A DNA stretch of 60,608 nucleotides, filler included, from Pirum gemmata (GCA_002812295.1; 14 parts of 14 records of this genome joined end to end with filler, not necessarily neighbours in it); one strand, 5' to 3'. Shown: positions 12,801-26,655, counted from the first letter of the whole stretch. The notes: generated from the sequence alone by a model not told the origin. Program-made: numbers and translations.

Positions 12801-14228
12801 NNNNNNNNNNNNNNNNNNNNNNNNNNNATTAATAATAATAATAATACTAATAATATTAATATTAATAATAATAATAATACTAATAATATTAATATTAATA
12901 TTAATAAGAACAGCAACTACACCGAAAGACAATAAAACAATATACACTCAATTAAACGTAAGTCATTGAAAAATAAAATATAAATTATGAAATGAAAAAT
13001 GGAGTAAAAAAAATACTAAACAAATAAAATTGAACAGCAAAAATAACACGTGCTGTATCTAACAATATATTATGGGACAACGCACGTGGTGGTTTGGAAT
13101 AATTAATAGAATAAAATACCAGCGAGCTAGGAACATGTTCCCTTTCGTTTTCTTGTTCATTATTGTCGTTTTCTTTTTCAGTCATACTTATTTGTAATAT
13201 TATTGTTGTTCTTGGCGATGCTACAGCTGTAAGTGGTGGTGGTGATGATGGTGGCGTAGCCTTCGATGTGGTGGTGGTGGTGGTGTAATATTATTGTTGG
13301 TCTTGGCGACGCTACACCTGTAAGTGGTGGTGGTGGTGGTTACGAAATTTGAAAAATATAATATTTGCTATTCTTATAATAGCTTTTAAATTTTAAATTT
13401 CAAATTTTAAACGTGTAGATTAGCAGTTTATTATAAATGCAATACGATGTTGTATGGAGCTGTTATCATACTGATTTGTAAATAATAATGTGAACTTTTA
13501 AACGTTTCACTATTTCGTTCACTTAGTCTATAGTCTATAATAATATTTATTATTATTATTTTTTTTTTATTATCGATATGATGTATTACATTAAAATAGT
13601 ATGTAAATTATGTAAATGATAAAATCAAGGAGTTCATGTTTTCAACTCCTTGATAAAATAATTAATACTGGTAATGTAGGCTATGCCATTGTATAGTCAT
13701 TGCCCACTCACACCATCATAGGTCTACCAGACTCTAGCTAGTCGATACTATCGATACTACTCTGCTACTACTAGACTAGCGCTAGCTAGACCAAGTTTGA
13801 AACGTAGACTAGACTAGCTACTAGCTAGACTATGATTGTTTGCTCGTAGATTTGTAGGGCCTGTGATGATAGACCGGGGCAAGTCTAGTGTTTTTAGGTG
13901 TTTTTCACAGGTGTTTTTCCTGGTGTTTTTCAATAGTGTTGTTCAGTTCAAAAACTGAAATAAACATACCAAATTGTTATTATGGGGACATGTTTTAATT
14001 AATTTGGTATTTTATACATAATATTTTATTTTATAAACAAGTTCAATTATACACTTAAACAGTNNNNNNNNNNNNNNNNNNNNNNNNNNNNNNNNNNNNN
14101 NNNNNNNNNNNNNNNNNNNNNNNNNNNNNNNNNNNNNNNNNNNNNNNNNNNNNNNNNNNNNNNNNNNNNNNNNNNNNNNNNNNNNNNNNNNNNNNNNNNN
14201 NNNNNAAAAAAAAAAAAAAAAAAAAAAA

Positions 14229-14272
<44 letters not shown>

Positions 14273-14590
14273 AACTTGCCTCAAAAAATAAAAAAATAAA
14301 AAAAAAATTACCCTTTCTGAGAATTTTTTATGTACGTCACTTAATTTTTATGACGTCATAACATCCATTTTAAAATTAAAAAAAAATGACGCAATACATT
14401 TTAAGTGTCACTGTTAGACCCCTCTAGCTAGACCGGGTCTACTCTAGCTAGTAGCTAGACTACTAGCTACCTACAGTAGCTAGCTAGTATCGATAGTCTA
14501 CTAATATTGATAGGGAGCGTTCAAATACTACGCAACGCCAATTTCTGGTTAAATACAGCTTCAAATACCCCCTTCCTACCTACCCCTCGA

Positions 14591-14826
14591 CTGCCTAAAA
14601 TTTAAGTCAAACTTTCGAGCAATGACTTCTACCAAAGAATAGACTAAGTGACGTCTTTTATGAAAGTTCCCCTAGACTAGTAGTACTAGTAGCTAGCTCT
14701 ACTAGCTAGCTAGCTAGCTAGAGCTAGATTGCTTCCTCAGCAACTGCCAACTACAACTTCTAAAGGGCACTTATTCTTTGATAGAATCCATTGCTCGAAA
14801 GTGTGACTTAAAACTGTTTTAGGTAG
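14591..14826. mobile_element. TIR element with ~65-bp imperfect inverted repeats (CT(G/A)CCTAAAA...), truncating a family C MITE
   Basis: 14591-14660 is the reverse complement of 14761-14826 (TAAGTCA.ACTTTCGAGCAATG..TTCTA.CAAAGAATAAGTG). Confidence 0.82.
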
Positions 14827-14929
14827 TAATTAATTATTAAAATGAACTTTAAAATTATGACCAAAAGTGTTTTGGACAAAGAGGCATAGATAAGATTAGG
14901 TGACGTCCATTATGGATGATTCCTTACTC

Positions 14930-15930
14930 GCAAACCAATTTAACCAATTACATCATAAATACAATCAAAATCCCACAATACACAACATTATTTTTTTTAA
15001 AACAACACAAACAACATTAAGAATTATTACCAACATGGATAACTCACACAATAGAAACCCTACAAAAAATGATCCCAATACAAAACAACACAGAACGATT
15101 ATTTTTTAAAACTAGCATACAACCATCAAAATAACAACAACAAGTTTTTAAAACTACGAATTTTACGATAGAAAACAAAATATCTTCATTGATTAAAACC
15201 CAATAATACAACAACGATATAAAAATATATGTAAAAAAGAAACAACAAAAACCTTAATAAAAATATGCTCAAAGTCCAAACCACTAATACCCTCAAATAG
15301 TTGGAATCTACCAATGATCATGACAAACAGTAGTATAAAACACATAGAAGAAAACCTCAAAACAAAACCCTTTAATGATAACTAGCTAATGATAACAACC
15401 TAAACAACCTTCGGAATGTAGAACAAAATGAATGGGAAGAGATGATTAAAAATAGAAGAATCAATACAAAAAACTACCAAAAATTCTAAAAAGTCACATA
15501 TAGATAATAACCCAAAGAAAACCAACAAGAAAGTGGACGTCGAAAACCCAACCTTTTCAAAGTCAATATTGTTCCAAATAATTTCCACCAAAAGTCAAAC
15601 TAAAAATCTTTGAACATGGACAAATATATAAGACTAGACTAGAATGGCTAACCTACATCAAGAGTATTGTCTACATCAAAATAATATTACATATAAATCC
15701 GAATATAGACGACAACTACAACAATCACAACAACCACTCTACAACGCTGTAGTATAATACTAGGAACAAAGTTTTTAAAAACCAATATTTCTACAACAAA
15801 AGAACAATACAATTGCTTATCATAGACTATATATTAATTTTGCAAGTGTCAATCAAATCATTAACTTATACCAAAGTATTATGAAACAAATCAACAATTT
15901 GCAACTTTAATTTAACTATATAACTGTAAG
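14930..15930 (+). mobile_element. Second decayed copy of the LINE 3' region
   Basis: Colinear with 7270-8400, e.g. AAAACTAGCATACAACCATCAA, GAACAAAATGAATGGGAAGAG, GTGGACGTCGAAAACCCAA, TAATACTAGGAACAAAGTTTT. Confidence 0.88.
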
Positions 15931-15954
15931 TAGACTAGTAACTAGAACAGGTGC

Positions 15955-15992
<38 letters not shown>

Positions 15993-16038
15993 GTAAGAGT
16001 AGTAGTTAGTCTACCTACCAGGTACTCGCTATCGATAC

Positions 16039-16225
16039 TTTTTTTTTTTTTTTCAGCAGTAGGTTACAGTTCAAATAATAAAGTTGTAGTTTGTTGGCTT
16101 GTTTCACAGTACTTTGGTATAAGTTAATGATTTGGTTGTCATTCGGTTTTAACTTGTTGTACTTTTCATAATAATACCATAATATATAGTCTTATGATTG
16201 TTCTTTTGTTGTAGAAATATTAGAC
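16039..16225 (-). mobile_element. Short LINE 3'-end copy with probable poly(A) tail. Further 3'-end fragments at ~41483-41740 (-) and ~41790-41910 (+)
   Basis: Reverse complement of 15785-15930 and 8255-8400. The T-run at 16039-16053 lies just past the 3' end. Confidence 0.75.
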
Positions 16226-17746
16226 TATTAAAAGCACTACTCAACTTTCCATTTTTGGATCATTTTTTTCATTTTTAGTATAATACATTAACCCAAATTA
16301 TGTTTTATTCCCAAAAAAGGTACTAATATTTATAGAAAATAACCCAATAAAACAATGAACTCTACTCCGATCGACTACTTACTGCTGTCTCGATTTCTGT
16401 TGGTCTCCATAATCAGTTATTCAGTTATTCAGTTGTTGTTATTTACTTACTTATTCCTTTATTCCTTTATTCCTATAATTTAGTTATTCCATTATTCAGT
16501 TATTTTTATTTACTTTTTCCTTTATTCCTTTATTCTTTTATTCTAGTTGGTCTCTATATTTCAGTTATTCCATTATTCAGTTATTCAGTTATTGTTATTT
16601 ACTTGTTCCTTTATTTCTTTATTCCTTCCTTTATTCCTTCATTGATTTATTCCTTTATTCCTTTATTCCTTTATTCCTTTATTCCTTTATTCCTTTATTC
16701 TAATTGATCTCTATAATTCAGTTATTCCATTATTCAGTTATTCAATTATTGTTATTTACTTATTCCTTTACTCTTTTACTCCTTTATTCCTTTATTTCTT
16801 TAGTTCTTTATTTTATTCCTTTATTTTATTTATTCCTTTATTTTATTTATTCCTTTATCTCATTTATTATTATTATTATTATTATTGTGTCCTTATATTC
16901 TTTTACTCCATTATTCTTTTATTCCTATATACCTATATTCCTTTATTTCTTTTTTTTATTTCTTTATTTCTTATTTCTTTATTTCTTTATTTCTTATTTC
17001 TTTATTTCTTTATTTCTTTATTTCTTTATTTCTTTATTTCTTTATTTCTTTATTTCTTTATTTCTTTATTTCTTTNNNNNNNNNNNNNNNNNNNNNNNNN
17101 NNNNNNNNNNNNNNNNNNNTTAATTAATTAANNNNNNNNNNNNNNNNNNNNNNNNNNNNNNNNNNNNNNNNNNNNAGATGCTTATCGAGCCAACCTTAGT
17201 TCCGTATTTCTTACTAATAATAGCAGTTAACTAGCTTAAAATAGCAAATATAATTATAGTAGATACCAATTAAAGTAATAATATGAACATTAATAGTAAT
17301 AAAAACCATAAAAACCGGAAAAGTTCCGGCAGCTGTTCGGTAATAATAAAATGACGTCATCTCACCCCTAATTTTTTTAGTTAGGGAGCGTTCAACGCCA
17401 ACTTCCGGTCAAATACAGCTTCAAATACCCCTATCTACCTACCCCTCGACGTTAATTTCTGGTCAAATACTACCTACCTACCTACCCCTTGACGTGACGT
17501 ATTATTTGAACTCCCTTAGAAGCGAACCCTACTATGATACTTAGCTAATGATACTAGCACTGATACTAGCTAGCTATCAATAGTACTATTCATGTAGTCT
17601 ATATTACCTATATTACAAATGCAGTGTATTACTATTAATTAAATAATAATTATGATAATTATAATAAAGTAATAAAAGTATAGTAAGTAGACTACAAAGG
17701 TGAAAGTTGAGGTGAAAGTAATATAAAATATAAATTATGATGATAA

Positions 17747-17891
17747 GGGAGTGTTCAAATAATACGTCACGTCAAAGGGTAGGTAGGTAGGTGGTATTTG
17801 ACCGGAAATTAACGTCGAGGGGAAGGTAGGTAGGGGTATTTGAAGCTGTATTTGACCGGAAATTGGTGTTACATAGTATTTGAACGCTCCC
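17747..17891. mobile_element. MITE family C (Tourist/PIF-Harbinger-like, ~145-155 bp, TIR GGGAGCGTTCAAATA), TSD TAA
   Basis: TAA on both sides of this copy; TTA on both sides of the copy at 17384-17515. Internal direct repeat AATTTCCGGTCAAATAC and (CTAC)n. Other copies at 11695-11848, 14512-14590 (truncated), 32240-32372, 59499-59657 and 60518-60608. Confidence 0.93.
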
Positions 17892-18224
17892 TAATGATAA
17901 TAAATAACATTGGGAATCTCCGAATCCATCGAGCTGTAGCTCTGTAGCTATAGTCTAGTCTAGCTAGCTATCGTGCATTTCATTTATTTTGTCACTCCGA
18001 ATATTTATTTGGATGTTTATAATCTTTAAATTGACAATTTTAAATCAATATACAGATAACAAAATGTACCAAATTAGACTAAATGAATTTATATTATATT
18101 AATTTGGCACTATTTATTGTATACTTTATATAATGACAAAACAAATGAAAAGCACTCTAGCTAGAGGTCAAGCTACAGCTACATAGCTATGATACTAGCT
18201 AGAGTCGCTAGAGTCTAGTAGTAG

Positions 18225-18521
18225 GGGAGCGTTCAATAATTACGTAACGCCGATTTGGGACAAAACCCTACCCTACTACCCCTGTGTAATAGCCTATCAC
18301 GTTTGAGAAGGACTACCTACCCTTATGACGTAACGATTTGGAAAAAATAGTACCCTAAATTACCCCTCATGTTATATTTATATATATATAGGGCTATATA
18401 TATATTTTTTTTTGCGTTATGTCATATTACGAAAATCTACCCCCCTACTGCGTCACGGCCTGTCACAAAAATCCGACCCCCCCTACCTACCCCCAGCGTT
18501 ACGTAATTATTGAACGCTCCC
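18225..18521. mobile_element. 297-bp MITE related to family C, with perfect 25-bp TIR GGGAGCGTTCAATAATTACGTAACG and TSD TAG
   Basis: Perfect inverted ends; TAG at 18222-18224 and 18522-18524. Confidence 0.92.
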
Positions 18522-19738
18522 TAGGTAGACTACTACTAGCTAGGCTATCATAGCTAGCTAGAGCTAGCTAATAGAATAGTATCATAGTAGTCTAGCTAGC
18601 TAGCTGTGAGTAATAATAATAATTCTGAACTGAAACTGACGACTCAAAAGAAAATATTGGGTTAGGGTTAGGGTTAGGGAACTTAGGGTAGGGTATAGCA
18701 CAAGTTTATGATAATCATGCTTTTAATTAATATTATCATGCAGAAAAAAAAAAAATCGACAGTTTTTTATGAGAAGTTGAGCAAGGACTTGAACTTTGAA
18801 GTCCTTGAGTTGAAATAAATGATAGTCTACATGGATGGGTAATACGGCCCTCACGGGTAGCATTGGATACACCAATATTACACCTCTCAATGGGTCTCAT
18901 CATGCTCTTTCTCGCTTCTAATTCTCCCTAGCTAGCTGGTAGTAGTGGTAGTAGTTCTTTGAACTTTTTTCTCCTTTTCAATGTTTTCGTCATCAAGCAG
19001 AAGTTAAAAATAAAATAGAATAATATCTATAGTAACAATATAACATATCCGATTTACTGCCTAGCCTTTAATGCTATTAAGGGGTGTTATCGATACTATT
19101 ATCATAAATTCATGCATATAAAATATCTGTGCATTTCATTTATTTTTTGTCACTCCGAATATTTATTTGGATGGTTATAATCTTTAAATTGACAGTTTTT
19201 AAATCAATATACAGATAACAAAATGTAAATGAATTTATATTATATTAATTTGGTACTATTTATTGTATACTTTATAATGACAAAACAAATGAAAAGCACT
19301 ATATATAATTAATAAATATGATAATAGTAGCTATAATAGTCTTATTAATTAGTATTATATTTATATGATAAATAACTAAATACTGGATAAACCACTGATA
19401 AACCCTCGTTGAGGGATAGTCTCCCGGATAGACTACTACTGGGATAAATAAATAAAAAAAAAAAAAATTAATAATAAATGATTTTATCAGATAATTAATT
19501 AATTTTAAAAATATCTTGTCTATCTACCCCCTCTAGTACCTCTACCCCCCGGTAGAGCTATCATAGCTAGTCTACTAAGTCTTGTCTATCACTATAAGTC
19601 CTATAAGTCTTATCGTGCTTTTCATTTATTTATTTGGAGGGTTATAATCTTTAAATTGATATTTTTAAATCAATAAATAGATAATGAAATATACCAAAAT
19701 ATATCAAATGGATTTATATTGTATTTATTTGGTACCAT

Positions 19739-19803
<65 letters not shown>

Positions 19804-21244
19804 TCCTTCACAATTGACCCTTTCAATTAAATGCGTCCAACAAATATTAGACAGGAAAATTGTCTAGTTGTTTATCTTCTATATCGTAACATTATCGTTC
19901 CTTTCATTTTTAAAAAAACAGTTAAATTTGGGCAGAAAGAAATTTAGGTTAAAATTTATTTTTTTGTCATTATCTTTTTTTGTTCTCTTTATTACTTGTA
20001 TCTTTAGCTTGTATATATCTTTAACATTTTTCTTTTCCATTAATCGACAAAACAATTTTACATCCAAATTCATCGACAAGGTTTTGATTAACTTGTTCTA
20101 ACATCCTTTTGATTAGAGGTAAAAGAGCGGGAAGACGTCGATCATACTGTTGATTTTCCTGTAGGTCGAAATCAGTATCAGCCCACTGTTATTTGTAAAA
20201 AATCGCTACCAATACATATAAGTGCATTTCGTCATGTTTATCATCAATCTCTAGCTAGATCTTCTTCTCCTCTCTGAGTAGAATGTTGTTCTTTCAGGAT
20301 TTCCTTCAAACTATATTTTTGCTTTCTATTTGCTTCTGAATCTCATCAAACGCGCCTTCTTGGAAGGTGTCAATCCCACTGGCTTCGAAAAAATTCATCT
20401 AAGTTTTATTAATGTGAATTTGTATTTACTTACCAGAAAGATTATAGTGAAGTTTTTTGAAAAAATCGATTGCTAATTTATCATTTTCCATACCAGCTCT
20501 TTATTTTGTAACCAACCCATCTTTTGTTTTTTTAAAATTTTGATAATGACAAAACGTAAAAAAATTGTGAACATTGAAGTCATTGAGATCGCCATCATAT
20601 TCGATTTTTCTACCCCACTTCTCAAATATTATTCTCCAAACAATATAGAAGATTTTATAATTAAATAAATTCATTATCTCCTTTTATCAATGTCTCTTTC
20701 AAAATCTAGTGATTGGAATGTTTTATTTTAAGGTTTTATTATTATTATTATTATTATATAATCAATGAAAGTACTAGATTAAACTAATAAATTAATTAAA
20801 ATTAATTTTAACAAAAGAAAATAATAATTATCGTAATATTTATTTACTTATTTATATTGAACACTACTCGAATACAACTTTTCACACAGGCAAATATGTT
20901 GAAAGATACACGATTTATTATTACAGTACTTTTCTCTGGTAATCGTAAAATCGAAATTTAATCAGATAAAAAGGATGCTGAAAAAAAACCAAAAATACAA
21001 TAAATAAGTATGTGGTTAAAAAATTAAGTATTATTTAAAATTAGCAGAGTTATTACCAAGTATACATATACAAGCCACCTGTCATCATTGTTTTATAAAA
21101 TAGGTTCACTTTATGGCGATAGGACGTAGAAAATGGGAAAATAACGAAAAAAAGCCCAAAGAATGTCAATTACAATTCACTTTTACTTTTTTTTTTAATT
21201 AATTTTTTCAGTATATTTGTCGTAGATTTACTTCTTGATGCTTG

Positions 21245-21312
21245 TACCAACGTTTGGCCATTTTTGTTTTTTTGGTTTACGTCTTCTCCTCCTTCTTCAA
21301 TTAAAATTCTGT
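21245..21312 (-). CDS. Probable ankyrin-repeat exon fragment. Downstream 19850-21240 looks like a degraded coding region
   Basis: After a CAG acceptor it reads ILIEEGGEDVNQKNKNGQTL, resembling the ankyrin LLxxGADVNxKDxxGxT. No intact continuation found. Confidence 0.4.
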
Positions 21313-22150
21313 CAGTTAGGAGAAAAAAAAAAGATCATGTTAGTTAAAATTATATTAATAAAAGTCACGTTAAACTTCCTCAATAATAATAATAATAATA
21401 ATAATTATAANNNNNNNNNNNNNNNNNNNNNNNNNNNNNNNNNNNNNNNNNNNNTTAATTAATTAANNNNNNNNNNNNNNNNNNNNNNNNNNNNNNNNNN
21501 NNNNNNNNNNAAAACTTTTTGTTGCTCTAAATATAAAAATTACTACTAATTTAAGTAACAATTTTTTCTATATATAGTAAAAACCCGGTTTACCTGGTTT
21601 CAGAGAAATTCATACCCCTTTTTGAAAAGCTGAAAACTTTTTTACTGGTCAAAAAAAAATCCTGTTTCAGTTGGGTTTCGCAAGAATTTTTTTCAGGGTC
21701 AAAAAATATTATTTTTGGCTTATTTTTGGCGAGTCCTTGAAATTTAACTGGTTGATTTTATTTGTCCTTATCGGGTCTCACAAATTTTTCATCTTTTTTA
21801 TTTTTCAACTCGCTAGAGCTAGTAGCTAGTAGTATCAATAAACTTATCAATAGTAGTATTGATAGTATCATAGTAGTAGTATAGTAGTAGTACGATGGTA
21901 TGACTATGGTATGATAGTATCGTCCAGCTGGTATCGTCTATTTCATTTTACAGTTGTCCTCTCAATCTTTGAAATTTGGCATCATAGACTCCCCTATCTA
22001 ATACTTAAAATACCAAATCAATTAAAACATGTTTGATAGTTTAACCATAATAATAATTTGGTATGTTTATTTCAGTTTTTGAACTGGGCAACACTATTGA
22101 AAAAGACGATAGTAGTATGATAGCAGTAGTAGGAGGAGGAGGAGGAGGAG

Positions 22151-22185
<35 letters not shown>

Positions 22186-22474
22186 TCGTGCTTTTCATTT
22201 ATTTTGTCACTTTAAATATTTATTTGGAGGGTTATAATATTTTTAAATTGACACTTTTAAATAAATATATAGATAATAAAATATACCAAATTAAATTAAA
22301 TAGATTTGTATTGTGTTAATTTGGTACACTTTATTGTATATTTTATGATGACAAAACAACAACTGAAAAGCACGACAGTAGTATCATGATAGTAGTAGTA
22401 GTATGATAGTAGTAGTAGTAGTAGGTATGATAGTAGCATCAGATAGTAGCTATCATGATAGATAGATAGATAGA

Positions 22475-22524
<50 letters not shown>

Positions 22525-22533
22525 ATAGTAGTA

Positions 22534-22602
<69 letters not shown>

Positions 22603-22710
22603 GAAAATTTCGAACTCACTTCAAAAGTCACGCTTCAAAATAGACTCTTCAAAGGTTCCTTCACTCTAAGACACTTTATGCGAGAATATTATGTAAATAG
22701 AGTGTAAATA

Positions 22711-23272
22711 GACACTTTATGCGACAAAATGTAAAATTGTGCGAATACTGGCACTTTTGTATAAATAATATTAGACTATATCGATAGCTAGAGCTAGTCT
22801 TTCAACCTAGCTAGTAGCTATCATAGCTTTCAACACAGCAGTCCTTTGAAGTTTGAAATTTTGAACTCCTTTCCGCTTTTCTCTATCGATACTTTTCTGC
22901 TACTACTTCTAGCTAGTAGCTAGCTAGCTACGTCTAGCTAGAACCCCAAATTCTGCTCAGCCTCAAATTCAGAGAGTTTCAGAGCCCATCAGCTGTTTTC
23001 CAAGTTCCAGAGCACATAGACTTACGAAGTGACTTGTAAACCGATATATTTATTATAAATGATATAATATGATATATTTATTAATATTATATGATAATAA
23101 ATAAATATGATAATGATAGGTAGACTTGCCATTCTGACCGATATATTATTCCCCTTTTATTATTAGTGGTATTAGTGGGCAGCTAGCATCAGATAGACTA
23201 GGCGTAGGAGGGAACGTTCAAAAAGGGCGACAACCATTTTGGAAGGGTTTTAATTTGCTACTTCACCATCAC

Positions 23273-23332
<60 letters not shown>

Positions 23333-23599
23333 TACAATCATCATCATCATCATCATCATCATCGTCGTCATCATCGTCATCATCATTATTAATACAATCA
23401 TCTTTATCGTTATCATCATCATCATCATCATCATCATCCACCCACCCACCCTTTTGGATGGTTCCCTGCTCACTAGTAGCTTTAGCTACTGGTAGAGGGA
23501 TCTGAGCATTCAATAGATGTTTCATCCAGGTGGTATTTCAGTTTTTTTAATTTCATCCAATGACAAGGCTATAATACCAAGCTAGCTAGACTAGTCTGC

Positions 23600-23667
<68 letters not shown>

Positions 23668-25607
23668 CCAGGTACCACAACAACCACAATAGCCACAACA
23701 ACAACCACAACAACCACAACAACAGCCACAACAGCCATAATAACAACCACAGCAACGTTTGACGTTAGCAATATAAACAACAACATCGCTACATCACCCG
23801 TCAACAACAACAACAACAACCAGTGCAAAATAGAAGTACTTAACAAATACATGTCATGTACAGCATCATCAAAGGACAACACATACAACATAATGCAGTC
23901 CACAATACATACAACAACAGATACAATATGACATTCATGCCACTTAGCGCACAATCAAACTCTGCAATCCTCAAGGACAAATATATTGCTGCACACATCA
24001 ATTGCAAAGAACCCCCTTCTTGCATAAACGCTGGTCAGTTTAATGTACGACCGTTACATCCCGCCAGGAAACAATGTATCAAACCATGTACAGTTGCAAA
24101 GTAAAGGTAAACGGAACATACAAGTCATGCCTGAATGCACGTCATGATCAATGCCAGGCGGAAAGAAATATTAGTCTCCTGTGATATCAAAGGCTGTTCG
24201 CGCAACTATTTCCCAATCCATACAATGTCATGATGATGACGAATTAATTTTCTACTATATTTCAACTGCCTTTGTACAATGTCGTCTGCAGCCAAAAAGT
24301 ACATACACGTACCGCAAGGCATTCATAATATGCGTCTTGCTGTGTATTTACCTTCCCTAGAACCAATAACACCAATATTAATACTGATTTAAATATAAAT
24401 GTGCAGTTGAAAATTAATAATATTAATATTAATTAATATTATGATAATACAATATTAATGATAATAATTAATTAATATTGGTATAATAATAATAATAATA
24501 ATATATTAATAATATTAATTATAATTATATACTAGTAATGGTAATAGTAATTAATAATAATAATATAAAAATAGTAATAGTAATTCATATAATTAAATAG
24601 CAATATATTATTAATAATAGTAATAATTATATAGTAGTAAAAGTAATAATTAATAATAATAGTAATAGTAATAGTAATATTAATATAGTATTAATAATAG
24701 TAATAGTAATAATAATAGTAATAGTAATATATCTATAATATTAATACTAATAGTAATAGTAATAGTAATTATAATAGTAATAGTAATAGTAATAGTAATA
24801 GTGATAGTAATATATAGTAATAGTAACAGTAACAGTAATAAACAATCTATAATATTATATTATGTCCATCTAATATCAATAATGTTACAGGAAACAATTC
24901 ATAAATATATTATTTATTTTTCAATTACAAATTATGAAAGATTTTATAAGTGAAGTAGAAAAGCAACTACTAGAATACTAGACTAAGTCTTATACAAGAA
25001 AAAGAAAGACATACCAATATTAGTAAACAAGAAAAATTTACAGTTGATGGTGTTTTCATTTTGCAAACGATGAAAACCGACAAACTCAACTTTCATATAT
25101 TTAAAAGTAAAACGTGGTTAAGAAAGCGAAGCTGCCCTTACAAGAACAGCATAATGTTATAAAATGTTCACCAAGATAGTCCAAGATTTTTTAAACAGTT
25201 TATCTTTGAAAATAACTTCTTTACCATTTATTAATAATTAATATTAATTAATTATAAATAAAATGTTAATTTTAATTATTAATTAAAACTAAAATTTTTA
25301 GGAATTATTTTAGAAGCTAAATTTAAACATGCTAAAGTCCCGCTGGACTCGTTATGACTGTGCTGTTTATCAAACAAGTTGGCTTTGAAATTTAATCAAT
25401 AAACAAATTTTAAAGTCACTCGATGGAAGGCATTTTGCTACTATGAGGCATTTTGCTGGGAAGTCCAGGTCTAATGGTGTAATTGATATTATCATAGTCT
25501 AGTTTTTGTTAAAATTTATAATCTATAATAATATTATATAATATTATATTATAGAGTGTTCAAACTATCATATAATAATATATAATTATATTGACGCATA
25601 AAGTGTC
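22711..25607. mobile_element. Candidate 2.9-kb decayed element bounded by family D TIRs
   Basis: TA-GACACTTTATGCGACAA at 22711 and TTGACGCATAAAGTGTC-TA at 25591-25607 (16/17 inverted match). The interior has broken Cys/His-rich coding-like sequence (23850-24360). Confidence 0.5.
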
Positions 25608-25874
25608 TATAGATCAGGTCTATAGATATAGAGTTACTGTAATAGGTCTAAATGCCTTTTCTAACTTTAGCGAAGAACAAAGTGATTAACTTTTAACTTT
25701 AACTTAGCTTATCCAACCAAAAAAAAAAGAAAAAAAAAAAGTCAAGAAAAAAAGTCTAGAAAAAAAAAGTAGTATNNNNNNNNNNNNNNNNNNNNNNNNN
25801 NNNNNNNNNNNNNNNNNNNTTAATTAATTAANNNNNNNNNNNNNNNNNNNNNNNNNNNNNNNNNNNNNNNNNNN

Positions 25875-26655
25875 NGGGTTAGGGTTAGGGTTAGGGTTAG
25901 GGTTAGAGTAAAGGTTAGGATTATAGTTGTTCTTATGGTTTTGTTTATTGTTATTGTTGTGTTTATGGTTATGTTTTTTGGTTAAGATTAAGGTTATGGA
26001 TATGGTTATAGTTATGCTCAGGGTCATAGTAGGGTTAGGTTATGGTTAGGGTTAGGGTTAGGGTTAGGGTTAGGGTTAGGGTTAAGGTTAAGGTTAAGGT
26101 TAAGGTTAGTGTCAGTGTTAGGGTTAGTGTTAGGATTAGTGTTAGGGTTAGTGTTAGGGGTTAGTGTTAGGGTTAGTGTTAGTGTTAGGGTTAGGGTTAG
26201 TGTTAGTTAGTGTTAAGGTAAGAGTAAGGGTAAGGGTAAGGGTGATAGTTATTCTTATGGTTATGGTTATGGTTATTGTTATGTTTATGTTAATGTTTTT
26301 TGGTTAAGGTTAAGGTAATGGATATGATTATAGTTATACTCATGGTCATGATTGTGTTTATGTTTATGTTTATGTTTATGTTTATAGTATGGTTATGGTT
26401 TTGGTTATGATTACGATCGTGGCCACATTAATAGTTATAGCTATTGTTATAGTTATAGTTATAATTATGATTATGGTTATGGTAATGGTTATGGATATGG
26501 TTATGTTTAAGGTTATGGTTATGGTTATGGTTAAGGTTATGGTTAAGGTTATGGTTAAGGTTATGGTTATGGTTATGGTTATTTTATGTTTATGTTTATG
26601 GTTATAGTTATTGTTATGGTTTTAGTTATGAATATGACTATGGATATAGTTATAC
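25875..26655. repeat. TTAGGG and variant hexamer array (GGTTAG/GGTTAA/GGTTAT/TGTTAG) forming an intron of the RING-H2 gene
   Basis: Read directly; begins right after the donor at 26655 on the minus strand. Confidence 0.85.

Noticed and set aside
12985..13340. Pro-rich minus-strand gene with a ~50-bp direct repeat
   Set aside because: No recognisable domain or convincing splice structure
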